Of a stretch of 64,000 nt of DNA, positions 26,201 to 37,734 are shown one piece after another. The stretch's first letter is position 1, and each line of letters starts with the position of its first letter. Below the pieces are notes generated by a model that saw only the letters and a list, made by a program, of their open reading frames with translations, had not been told where the DNA came from and searched no databases. The DNA is taken from positions 82,336,001 to 82,400,000 of the forward strand of contig OZ024744.1 in assembly GCA_964016885.1 (NCBI GenBank). Direction: 5' to 3'. Origin of the DNA: Eledone cirrhosa (lineage: Eukaryota). Position numbers and translations under genes: made by a program.

Positions 26201-26601
26201 GGTGAAGCCACGCTTCTTATCGCCTCCAGTGTTTTTTCCACGTTTTACCTCGTTTTTAACCGTTCTTAACCTTTTATTAAAGTTTTAAATTTGATAAAAG
26301 TTTAGAAGAAGTGACCCACCTAATACAGGGGTTCACTCGTAAATAATACGGCACCCCTTTACGGGGTGTCGTATTGTGTAAAAACATTATTGGCGACCTA
26401 CGTAGTAAATCGTATCATCGTGAGCTCCGCAAAGGTTTGTTGTTTTCAGTTTAAAATTGCCATTTATGGAAAAGTTTTATTGTTAACTGTATATAAGTGC
26501 ACATACATTGTTTTCTAAAAAGGACACTCAAAAAGATTGGGGCCTTGAGCCCCAAATTTAAACTTTTATAATTATCAAACAAAAACTTCTTTGAAAAAAT
26601 C

Positions 26602-28481
26602 ATGGACGTCTCACAGTCACACCTTCCTCACAAACTAACACCTCACACCGACACCACCATTGTAAATATTACTACGTTTGCCAACACTAAAAATATAAGC
26701 AGTAGCAATAACTTAAATTTGTCTCATGCAGACATTCATTTCCCGCCATTACCAATGACTGCAGGTGTTGAAGCCGCCACCCCCACCACCACCACAGCGA
26801 CAACAGAAACAAAAGAAAAATATAAATTATCTCGTGATATCGAAATGGTTTCACCCAGAATGGAATCTTCCACACCGAACACCACTGACGCCACCACCAC
26901 CACAACTGAAACTTCAAATAACAATAACAAAAATAACGATAACAACAACAGCAACAACAACAACAAAAATGAGAATAAGAAAACCACCCTGTCTTTTGCC
27001 AGAGTAGCAAAAAAGTCCGAAGCAATCCAGGTAACTCAGGAGGAATTAGATGAAGCTAAGAGAATGGTAAAGAAAGATGGGTACAGAGTAAGCCCCCCTA
27101 CTAATAAAATGGAGCATCGGCGCCTATGCACCGTGTCTTATCGGACGATTACCATAAAATCGCGCCGAGTGGAACGGGCATCCGAGTCCCTAATCCAAAA
27201 AGCTTTGGGACATGTGTGGGCAAAAAAACCCCACATCAGACGTGGGCAGAAATATGGAACCGTAGACGTGTTCTTTGGAACACCACAGGAGGCCAGAGAA
27301 CACTCCATGGCCCCAATAAGAAGTGACGACTTCACATTCGTCCCAAGCTATTGTGGCCAGAGACTCGTGAAGACCAGTGTAACCCACGTTCCACCGGCCA
27401 TCGAAATTCCCTGGCTAATGGCTGCCGTCCTCGCCGGCATCGATGCCAACACCAAGATAATCGAAATAGCGAAAGAAAAGCAGGAGAACTGGTCCGGATC
27501 TGGGATGGAGCTCCTGATCCAAGCGGACCAAAAAAGCATTGAGGAGATCCCAGAGGTAATAGACCTCACTGACGGCAGCCACCTCACCGTGATCGTCGAG
27601 GGCAGAAGGCCTAGGTGTGTCGTTTGTGGTGAAGGAACCCACCTAAGGGCTTACTGCCCTCAGGCTAAAAGGTTGAGGCCACCTCTCTTACCCACCCCAG
27701 TGACTCAACCATCAACACCACCAGCATCAGAAATGGCATCAACAACAGAAGCAACTGTAACAGCAACAACCCAGCAACAGTAGAGGATTTTCCACTCCCC
27801 GACCTATCGCAACTCGAGACAGATTGTAACGACGAGGAATGGGAAATGGTATCAGGAAAAAAGAAAAAAAAGAAAAAGAAACCAAAAAAGAAAAAATCCC
27901 CTTTCTTCCCCCTCCAAAAACAATATACAGAGGGAAAAAATAAACTATCAAACAAAAAAGTTAGGACAGCTATGCCACCATCCACACCAGCACCATCCAC
28001 ACCACGCCCATCAGGGCGGTGGATTGGCAGTATCGGTAGAGGGTCGGACGCCATGCTTTCCAGTATAGTTACATCCCTTTACGATCTGAGTTCAAATCCC
28101 AACGAGGTTGACTTTGCCTTTCAACCTTACGGGGTCGATAAAATAAAGTACCAGTAATTTACTGGGTATTTGTTGGCCTTGTGCCTAAAGTAGAAACAAT
28201 TAAATTTGAACAACAACCGATTATTACACTACATCCAACACAACACCAGCATCACAGAAAAAGACTACACAACAACCCAAAAGTTCACACCGCCTCCACA
28301 CATACAAATCACTCGCATCACACAGAAAACGTACACGACACTAAAACAAAAATTCCCCCAAAGCATCGGAGACTTCCGACAAGCACTCTACAGGAGGATT
28401 TATAAGGACATCCTTCCGGAGAAGGCCACAAGCAGTGAAAAGGATAGAGAAACCATCCTTCCTCTACGAGAAGTAAGGTAA
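26602..28481 (+). pseudogene. LINE ORF1 (gag-like, CCHC knuckle), broken by stop/frameshift near 27783 and a SINE insertion
   Basis: EGRRPRCVVCGEGTHLRAYCP (CX2CX4HX4C); terminal segment ..ILPLREVR* also present in the minus copy at ~16560-16760. Confidence 0.85.
28014..28200 (+). mobile_element. Full-length tRNA-derived SINE nested in LINE ORF1
   Basis: GGCGGTGGATTGGCAGTATCGGT..GAGTTCAAATCC..GACTTTGCCTTTCAACCTTACGGGGTCGATAAAATAAAGTACCAG. Confidence 0.92.
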
Positions 28482-28515
28482 GTGGTCTTTCTCATCTTTT
28501 CCACTCCATTTCAAC

Positions 28516-31500
28516 ATGACCTCACTCAGAATAGGCAGCATAAATGCGCGTGGCTTGGGGTCGTCATGGAAGCAGGGCCACGTGCTCAACGACCTCAGGT
28601 CACTAAACATAGATGTAGTGGCCATCAGCGAGACCAGAATCTCCGAAGCACGGGCCTTCGCATCGATCTTCGGCGGCTACGATGTGTACGCATCTCCCAG
28701 CCGTCCTGGATCTAGGGGAGGAGTTGCTGTGCTTTTTCGGAGAGGTTTGGATTTCGCCATACGTGCCATCTTCCTGGACCCAGAAGGTAAGTTGGTGGTG
28801 CTGGTCGTGACCAGCGGAGACGGGCAAGCTTTCAGAATAGAGGCCGTCTATGCCCCGACAGGATCAGGGCGGCCTGATTTCTTCCGGCGTCTGGAGAACT
28901 TTCTTGGAACGTCCCGCTCTTTAGAGTTAGTGGGCGAATGCAACGGGATCTTAGATGCACGCTGGGACTGTGTGGGATTAGTGGATAGGAGAGGAGGGTG
29001 CAAGAGCCTCACCAACCTGCTCAGGCGTTTTGAACTGTCCGATAAGTACCGATTGGATTTCCCGAATGTGCCAATGGGGACTTAGACAAATCGCATAGGG
29101 TCATCCAGATCATACCTAGATAGAGTATTTTGTAGGGAAATAGATAGGTCTAGCATAGTCAGTTCACAATTCAAGATAGTCAGCTACACGGACCAAAAAT
29201 TTGTGACATGTGAGGTTGACTTAGATAGGCTTCATAGACAGGGACCCGGCTACTGGAAGCTAAAAGGCGTCATTAACAGCGCGCAAGGACTACAGAGACC
29301 GGATTAGCGAACTAGTTAAGCGGGCGTTGACGGGGGCCATCGTCAACAACAAGTGGTGGTTTGCTCTGAAAAGAGCGATTAGAATAGAATCCATTAGGTT
29401 TAGTAAGGCTTTAGCAATAGAGAAAAATAGAGCAGAGGGAGAATTAGTTAGAAAATTAGACGAGGCGCTTAGCAAAGGCATTGTGACCGACCTACTTGCG
29501 GCGAAATTGGCCCTTGACCAATTCTTCAATGCAAAGCACGAAGGCTGCGTTGTCAGAGCTGGTGTGCGTTCTCTCAGACACAAGGGGACGAAAGCCGTTC
29601 AATGGGCCCGAGTGGCGGAGGTGCGTCGTAGCAATAAAGCCACGATCCGGTATTTGCTGGACCACGACGGGCGCATGCTACTCGATCCCGGGCAAATGTG
29701 TGAAGCTTTTCAGCGACACTTCGCACAGCTGTTCGGTGGGCCGGATCGAGGGATGGACTTTAGTGTCTACCTCGACGGACTGCCGCGGCTCTCGGCCACT
29801 GAGGCGGAGTGTTGCGAAAAGCCGATAACAGCCGCTGAAGTACGGGAGGCAATGACTGGCTGCACAAGGGGTAAATCGCCTGGTTTGGATGGTTTGCCTT
29901 ATGAACTTTACGTACAGATGCCAGACTTATTCGGAGGCCTCTTGGCGGACGTCTACTTCAACTGGCAACATAACGGGAGAATTCCCAGCTCTGTGAGCCG
30001 AGGAGCTGTGGCGCTGCTGAGAAAGGATCCGAACAAGGGGGATAACATAGATAATTTCAGGCCCATAACTCTCCTAAACACGGAGTTCAAGATTTTGGTA
30101 AAGGTGCTAGCAAAGAGGTTGGCGCTTGTCGTTGGTGGTCTGGTGGGAGGGGCACAGACATGCGCCATTCCCGAAAGATCCATCCACGACAACCTCCACC
30201 TCATGCGATACATCGTAGAGAGGGTAGCTAGGGAACCCTGCACGGGTGGATCCTTGATCAATTTAGATCAGTCGAAAGCTTTCGATAGGGTCGACCATCG
30301 TTACCTAGCGGCAGTCCTGAGGGCGGCTGGCTTTGGGCCCGTCTTCAGAGGCTGGATCGCTGCCATGCACAGCGACATCTGCTCTGTGGTGAGAGTGAAC
30401 GGTCACCTTTCGGAACCGTTCAACAACATGCGCTCGGGCCGCCAAGGATGTCCCCTTTCGTCCCTCTTGTACGTATTGACTCTCGAGCCATTACTGCACA
30501 AACTGGAGACGTTGAGGGTGATCACGCGCGAACTAGGATGCGGAAGATCGGTGTCAGCATATCCGGACGATGTCACCGTAGTGGTGTCGAAAGCCAAACA
30601 CATCGAGGCGATCGGCACTACACTAAGAGAATACGAAGTGGTGACAGGAGCAATGATCAACCAGAAAAAGTCAGTGGACCTGCAGCTCGGCACCAGGAGA
30701 GGCAGGAACATACTGTCCAACAGCGTCGTCGGGCGTTGGACGGACGGACCGGTTACATTGCTAGGGGTCTGGTTCGGTCCGGACCTCCAGACGGACAAAA
30801 ACTTGGACGAGGTGACGAGCAGGGTGGCTTCTCTCACCCAGAAATGGGCGGAGAGGAAATTATCCCTGAAAGGTCGAGCGGAGGTGGCTAACGCGTACAT
30901 CGCGTCCGTCATCTACTACCGCCTGACCGTCGTACCTTGTCCTTAGCCCCGCCTGACTGCGCTGGAGCGTTTGCTCTTTCGCTTTTTGTGGAAGGGACGC
31001 GCTCAGATGGTCAGGCGGTCCATCTGCTGTCAACACCCGCTACGTGGACGGTGGGCATGCCGTGGCTGATGATGCGTAGACACGCGCTCAGGCTACGACA
31101 TCTCCACCTCTCCCTCGACGGTGATCAGGTGTGTCGCCCATTGCTAGACGCGTCTTTCCCCAGCTCGTCTCCTTGACGGAGCTGCAGTCCTGGGTCAAGC
31201 GAAGACCGAGAGGGAGCGCTTGGAGACTGGAATGTCTTCCAGCGCTCACAGCCCTCGATCAATCGGGCAATATGATCGGTGGAAACTCCACCTTGGCGTT
31301 CTATAGAGGATTAGTGGAGGGGAAGAGCGACGACGTACTTTGAGAAACTCTAGGCGTCGACGAAAATCAACTAGCGAATCTCTTCGGAAGAACTTTCGGG
31401 CCAGGGCCTATGGACAACTTCCAGAAATCCCTGGCCTTGCAGTGCTACCGAGGAGCCTTGCCAGTTCGGGATAAACTCTACAGGCAAGGAGGTGCCGTCA

Positions 31501-31925
31501 GCCGCGCATCTCCGAGATGGGCGCAGGGCGACGAAACCGTCCTGCACGCACTCGTCCAGTGTCCTAGCATTGCTGACTTGTGCGTTTATGTCGAACACCT
31601 GCTGTCACGTGTAGGACGGATCCAGCTATCAGCTGAGTCCATCGTGAGGATAGCCCCGCCCTCCTCCTTCAGCCGGGAAGGGCAGGCAGTTTTTATCTGT
31701 CTGGTGGTCATGGTGAAAGTGATAGTAAGGTGTATACGTTTGAAAGAGCTGAAGACGAGCACTTACCTCTTCGGTGATGCCCTGATTACCTTTTTCAAAT
31801 TTCATTTGAAAAGGAAAATCAGGGTAGAGAGGGAAGTGCTCTCTTCCCAGCATTTTGTTGAAAGATGGGTGAGAGAAGCAAGAATGGCCCGAGTGAATGG
31901 GCCTACTCTGAGTATGTGTCTGTAA
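28516..31925 (+). pseudogene. LINE ORF2 (APE endonuclease + reverse transcriptase), inactivated
   Basis: MTSLRIGSINARGLG..; stops at 29085, 30946, 31343; frameshifts; YPDD instead of YADD. Confidence 0.92.
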
Positions 31926-31967
31926 ATTAAAGGTGGAAAACTGGGAGAGGGCACTTTCCCTGGTGGT

Positions 31968-32739
31968 CAACAACTTTTTTTAGCCGTTGCTCACACCAAC
32001 CGGAGGTATATGGTCTTTAAAGCGATGAAATACCAATGATGGTTGGAAGATCACTGATGAAGGACTAACTTTATTCATATGTAACCCATTAGCAACCACG
32101 CAACACGTTTATTCTCATATTTACACATATTTTTTTCCCCGCTGTGACCCGTCTATTTCGTTCTTGCTGCTTCCTCTTTCTCTGTATCTTTATCCTCTCT
32201 AGCAGTCACTCTCTCTGTTAGCCTCTTCCTCACCCTTCACTCACTCATTCTCTGTTACTACCTCTCCTCCTCCTCCTTCTTCCCGTTTGACCTGTGCGTA
32301 ATTCTTTTCTTTCGCACCCTTGGTCAGGCAGGTCGCTTTTTTCTCTCTCTCGTCTACGATTTCACAGAACTTACGTTCGCCGAATTTACAGACTAGATCC
32401 CTTCTTCCTCCCGTTAGACCTGTACGGAATTCCTTCCTTGCTCACATTTCAACCAGGTTTGATGGTCTTTATTCTCTCTCGTTCACGATTTCACCGAATT
32501 TATATTCATGGAAATCTGGGACTTGACTCCTTCTTCCTCACTTTTCGTTGCTTCACCATCTTTCTTTGTTTACACTCTCGTGTCCCCTTTATTTACGTGT
32601 CCCAACGACTTTTTTTAGCCGTTGCTCGCACCAACCGGAGGTATATGGTCTTTAAAGCGATGAAATACCAATGATGGTTGGAAGATCACTGATGAAGGAC
32701 TAACTTTATTCATATGTAACCCATTAGCAGCAGGTTTAT

Positions 32740-32745
<6 letters not shown>
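31968..32745 (+). mobile_element. PLE pseudo-LTR-like direct repeats (period ~635 bp) with HHR-like CTGATGA
   Basis: ~140-bp repeat at 31968-32120 and 32603-32745, each with CACTGATGAAGG; ends in (TA)n; GAAA half not found. Confidence 0.55.
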
Positions 32746-32815
<70 letters not shown>

Positions 32816-33020
32816 AGATTTGGATACAGTTTAGTTGAAAGGAATTTATTGACACGTGTTTCTATAACAGTTACATAACCTAAAACAGCTGCTATCTACA
32901 AACTTTTAGTTATGCAGACATTCAATATTTCAATGTTATTATTTACTGTCATTTCATCAGAATAATATTACTGAGGACCTATTTAGTTTTTATAGAGAAT
33001 ATTAGGAGGGAGGGGTGAAG

Positions 33021-33075
<55 letters not shown>

Positions 33076-33217
33076 CACACATATATATACATATATATAT
33101 ACATATATATATAAGCACTTTAATACATGAATACACTTACATCTAACTATACACATCAAACATATATATATTTACTTATTTATATACATTTTCACATATA
33201 TATACATACTTATGGAC

Positions 33218-33260
<43 letters not shown>

Positions 33261-33369
33261 CAACGTATACCTTCCTGACAGATTGTTGAACTTATATACT
33301 TACCTTATGCATATTAACGGCTGATAATACGCATAAGGTATTAACGGCCGATAATATGCATAAGGTATA

Positions 33370-33410
33370 CGTTGCTGACGATAGCTAGTAAGCTTGAAAC
33401 TAGTACAGCG
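33370..33410 (+). ncRNA. Minimal type I hammerhead ribozyme, intact core
   Basis: CGTTG-CTGACGA-TAGCT agta AGCTT-GAAAC-TA-GTA^CAGCG. Confidence 0.8.
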
Positions 33411-33791
33411 TTCCTTTGTCAGTGTTGAACAAACGAGCAACGATGGTTGCTAGACACTACGGCTTAATACGGGATATTTGTTTACAAACACACCAAGCAT
33501 TATAATAAATGTTCGGTGAATCCATACGTACACATATATATATGTGTGCATGTATGTATATATATATACATACTACTGTACGTCTGTATGCATATATGTA
33601 TGTACGTGTACATACTTATATTTAAGTAACAGCCGTACTAAGAGTGGTAAATGAAATTTCGTTTCATTTTTTCCGTTTAACGTTTTCGGTGCACCCGGCC
33701 GATTAACCCACTCGATATGCAAATTAGGCTACTCAGCCGTTAATATGCATAAGGTAAGTATATACGTTCAACAATCTGGCAGGAAGGTATA

Positions 33792-33832
33792 CGTTGCTGA
33801 CGATAGCTAATAAGCTTGATACTAGTATAGCG
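33792..33832 (+). ncRNA. Second hammerhead copy, core mutated (GAAAC>GATAC)
   Basis: CGTTG-CTGACGA-TAGCTAATAAGCTT-GATAC-TAGTATAGCG. Confidence 0.65.
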
Positions 33833-34038
33833 TTCCTTTGTCAGTGTTGAACAAACGAACAACGATGGTTGCTAGACACTACGGCTTAATACGGGATATT
33901 TGTTTACAAACACACCGAGCATTATAATAAATGTTCGGTGAATCCATACGTACATATATATATATGTGTGCATGTATGTATATATAGATATACATACTAC
34001 TGTACGTCTGTATACATATATGTATGTACGTGTACATA

Positions 34039-34087
<49 letters not shown>

Positions 34088-34440
34088 TCACACACACATT
34101 TATTCACATATATGGTGTATAAGATGTGTACATATTCCAATTGACACACATATACTACTTTCATTCCTTCTTACTATCTAGTAACATTGGTTCAATTTGA
34201 CATGTTTATATCCATGGCTAATTCATTTTTCTCTATACTCCATTACCAATTATGTTTCCTTGCTTTCCCATCGTTTTTTTTTTTCTCAACAAATATTTAT
34301 GTTTGATATTTTATACGTTGGTAACGCTCATCTGATGTATGTGACTTCAGGAATGAACACGTGTGGTGTGCATGAGCTCCTTTAGGCGTGTGTGACTGAA
34401 CATAAGAATATAAGGATGGTCATATATATAAATATATATA

Positions 34441-34631
34441 TAGGAAAAAGTATGACCCCGACGGCAGAGCTCAAGCCGTTTCGACGGCTATTTCTGTCCA
34501 GAAATAGCCGTCGAAACGGCTTGAGCTCTGCCGCCGGGGTCATACTTTTTCCTATTACCCACTCTACTACCCTAAGTATTGAGTACTCTCGTGCGTTATG
34601 GTCCATCTGGTTCCTTACCACAATTCCTTCG

Positions 34632-34633
<2 letters not shown>
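34441..34633 (+). mobile_element. Fold-back HHR-half family, copy B
   Basis: Hairpin 34441-34554 + tail to 34633, (TA)n flanks. Confidence 0.88.
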
Positions 34634-34684
<51 letters not shown>

Positions 34685-34831
34685 TTTTGTTTTAAGTGGT
34701 GAAGGCTTGTGTAGGACCAACCACACTTTTTGGAACTGACAACACATATCTTCAGTGCAAATGTTTGCGACGGAAAATACAACGACATCCCTCAACTTTG
34801 TATGCCTCGGAGTTTAACTTCTCTGTATAAC

Positions 34832-34902
<71 letters not shown>

Positions 34903-34904
<2 letters not shown>

Positions 34905-35107
34905 CGAAGGAAATGTGGTAAGTAACCAGATGGACCATAACGCACCAAAGTACTCAATACTTAGGGTAGTAGAGTGGGTAATAGGAACGAGTAGGACCCT
35001 GACGGTTGAGCTCAAGCCGTTTCCACGGCTAATTCTGGACTAAATTTAGTCCAGAATTAGCCGTCGAAACGGCTTGAGCTCAGCCGTCGGAGTACTACTC
35101 GTTCCTA
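34903..35107 (-). mobile_element. Fold-back HHR-half family, copy C
   Basis: Hairpin 34982-35107, tail 34903-34981. Confidence 0.88.
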
Positions 35108-35779
35108 TATATATATATATGTGTGTATGTGTGCGAACACACATACACATTGCACATACAGCCGCGTGTGCACATGTGCACACACACTCCCCACCCATAC
35201 ACGTCACACATATATATATATAATTATAGAGTTATTGTTAAGACACAATGAATCGTCAAAATAATCTTATTGAGTATTTATCATCATATATAGGACAACA
35301 TATTCCTTTTTACTTTATTTTCAGTGCATGGGAAGTGCTTATTACATCTGCCTCTACCTTGTGTATTATGAAAAACATGTTTTGACAAGAATTCTATAGC
35401 ATTAAAACGATTTATAATGTAACTTTGTAGTATTTATATTGTACATGCCTCGTTTTGATATACGTAACTTGTTTGATACACACGTGCGCACACTCATTTG
35501 CATACACGCACATGCAACTATGCAAACACGCATATAAACACACAGATAAAGAGACACAGGCACAATCAGAGACACAGACATACACACACACTCATACACA
35601 CAAACTCGTACACACACACGCGCGCACACATACTCATACACACACTCACACACACACACACTTATATAAGTTAGTAGAAAGAAAATATTTAAAAGAGATT
35701 TATACAATAAAATTTGGCAACAGTTTTAAGACACTCATTTGCTATTCAAGTTCAAAAGAAATTCAAAAGAAATTCCCTA

Positions 35780-36270
35780 ATACGGGCGCGAATTTTAATG
35801 TACTTGTTCACGTGACAGTCATAATTTCATTTATAACCAATCAAATTACATTTCAGCACTGAACCAGAACAACTCTCTCCATCCCTTTTTCTTGACCATT
35901 ATCTTTTGTTTGGCACAAAATTCTCTAAATGGCTACCAAAAAATTCCAAAATACGGGCGCGAAATTTAATGTACTTGTTCACGTGACAGTCATAGTTTTA
36001 TTTATAACCAATCAAATTCTATTTATAAAAAAAAAACCCTTCGCGAGCTACTTTTTTTAAGTAAAAAGAAATTCAAGCAAAAACTGGCGCGAAAGCTGAT
36101 GTGCTTATTGTTGTGACAGCATCAACCAACCAAACTTCACTCTTATATGAAAAAACAAACTGAGCCCCCCTTTTTTTGAAGGCAAATATAATAAGCTTTG
36201 TAACGCAAACTGGCCCGAAATTGATTATACTTATTTACATGACAGTCATCAACCAACCAAATTACTTCTC
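35780..36270. repeat. Four degenerate tandem modules with GGCGCGAAA, CACGTGAC and CCAAT-like motifs
   Basis: Copies near 35783, 35954, 36085, 36210. Confidence 0.7.
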
Positions 36271-36539
36271 TAAAAACCTAGCATTTCGAGCCACTTTTTT
36301 ACATATAAAACAGAAGTAACATTCAAAGACCAACCAGATGTGAGAAAAACCACAAAACCCTTCATCTCAATTCTACTTTTGAAAAGCACAAGAACTGCGA
36401 AACCGGTAAAGGAGCCAAGTAAATATATATTTTAAAAAAAAAGACTCCAGTTGCATTTTCAATTTCATTTGTTTTCCTTATACTTTCACTCGTGTAGGAC
36501 AACTCGTTTTTTTTTCATAAAAAAAACACACCTCACTTT

Positions 36540-36608
<69 letters not shown>

Positions 36609-36720
36609 GTTTGAATATGTGTAATAAATCCAAAACAATGCAGGTATGGACATAGAAAAAAGAATGCAATTGTAAAAGATATTGTTGACAATTCGTCCTT
36701 CACTTTAGATTTATTTAAAT

Positions 36721-36758
36721 GTCCTTAATTTTCGAGATAATATCTCTTCTTCAGAGGG
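36721..36758 (-). ncRNA. Hammerhead ribozyme motif (inverted pLTR copy)
   Basis: Mirror of 39158-39195. Confidence 0.6.
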
Positions 36759-37734
36759 AAGTAAAGCTCTCAAACCAGCGTTCTAAATATCTTGCCAAGC
36801 CATGCTGACAGGAAATAGAATAGAGTATCTGTTCTATCTCTAATGTCAAAGAGTTAAAATTAGGTGGATAAAGAGTAGTCTCCCTTTAAAAGGGGTTTGT
36901 TTAGGGTTTTTTTTAATTTTTTTAATTTTATATACATGCCTGTATAAGTGTGTGGGAGAATGCATGAAGGTGTAAGTATGTGTGTGTGTGTGTGTGAGTG
37001 TGAGAAGATAAGTCTATTCGTAAATGTGGGGGATAGGTGTTATCTGGTGTTAGAACTGGTTTTGTGTGTGTATGTGTGAGAGAGAATAAGTGGAGGTGTA
37101 AGCGTGTGTGTGTGTGGGGTGTGTAAATATGGGGCTAGAAGCCCTATCAGGTTATAAATTGGGTGTTGAGTTCTAGTCTATTATTGATTGGTGGTTGTGT
37201 TTTATCTATAATTAGTGCTTCCTTAATTCTAAGATTGCCAAGGTTTCTTTTCTTAGTTTCTATCCTAACTGTTATGGTTTTGTCGGTGTTTTTGCATTTA
37301 ACTAGGTGTTTCTTAAATGAGGAAGCGTTAGTATTGAGGTGTTCTTTTATTCTTATGTGGAGTGGTGTGGTGGTGCTACCTACGTAGAAGTTGTTCCATT
37401 TGTCACACTCTAGTCTGTATACGACGTAAGCCTGGTGGCATAGGTCTGTGTCGTTGATGGGGCAGTTGGCTAGTCTGCAGCAGTTGTCATGTCTGGTGGA
37501 GTGTCTCTTGGCCAGCCGTCCGCGCAGAGAAGGACCTGAGTGGGCCAGTTGGATATCCAGTCCCTCTAGTCTGATGGCTCTGCGCATGGCTGTTGTTGTT
37601 TCTTCACTGAAGTGTGGGAGCTTCAGGAAGCAAGTGTTAGTGTCTCGTGTGTGGTGTCCTCTGTTCTTTCTGGCACGGTTTGTGGTGGATGTCGTGTATC
37701 CGTTCAGTTTGAGTACTTCCAGTACACCACACAT

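Larger units (their letters stand above)
26201..31967 (+). mobile_element. Near full-length L1/Tx1 LINE (5' UTR, ORF1, ORF2), 3' UTR cut by a PLE-like repeat
   Basis: Starts directly after previous LINE tail; ORF1 with CCHC knuckle; ORF2 EN-RT. Confidence 0.95.
33257..34042 (+). mobile_element. Non-coding tandem-HHR element (retrozyme / non-autonomous PLE-like), 422-bp period
   Basis: Direct repeats 33363-33620 / 33785-34042, inverted piece 33257-33327 (complement of ~33733-33800), (TA)n flanks. Confidence 0.8.

Noticed and set aside
13106-31973. Antisense and alternate-frame ORFs over LINE ORF2
   Set aside because: Shadow ORFs of GC-rich RT sequence
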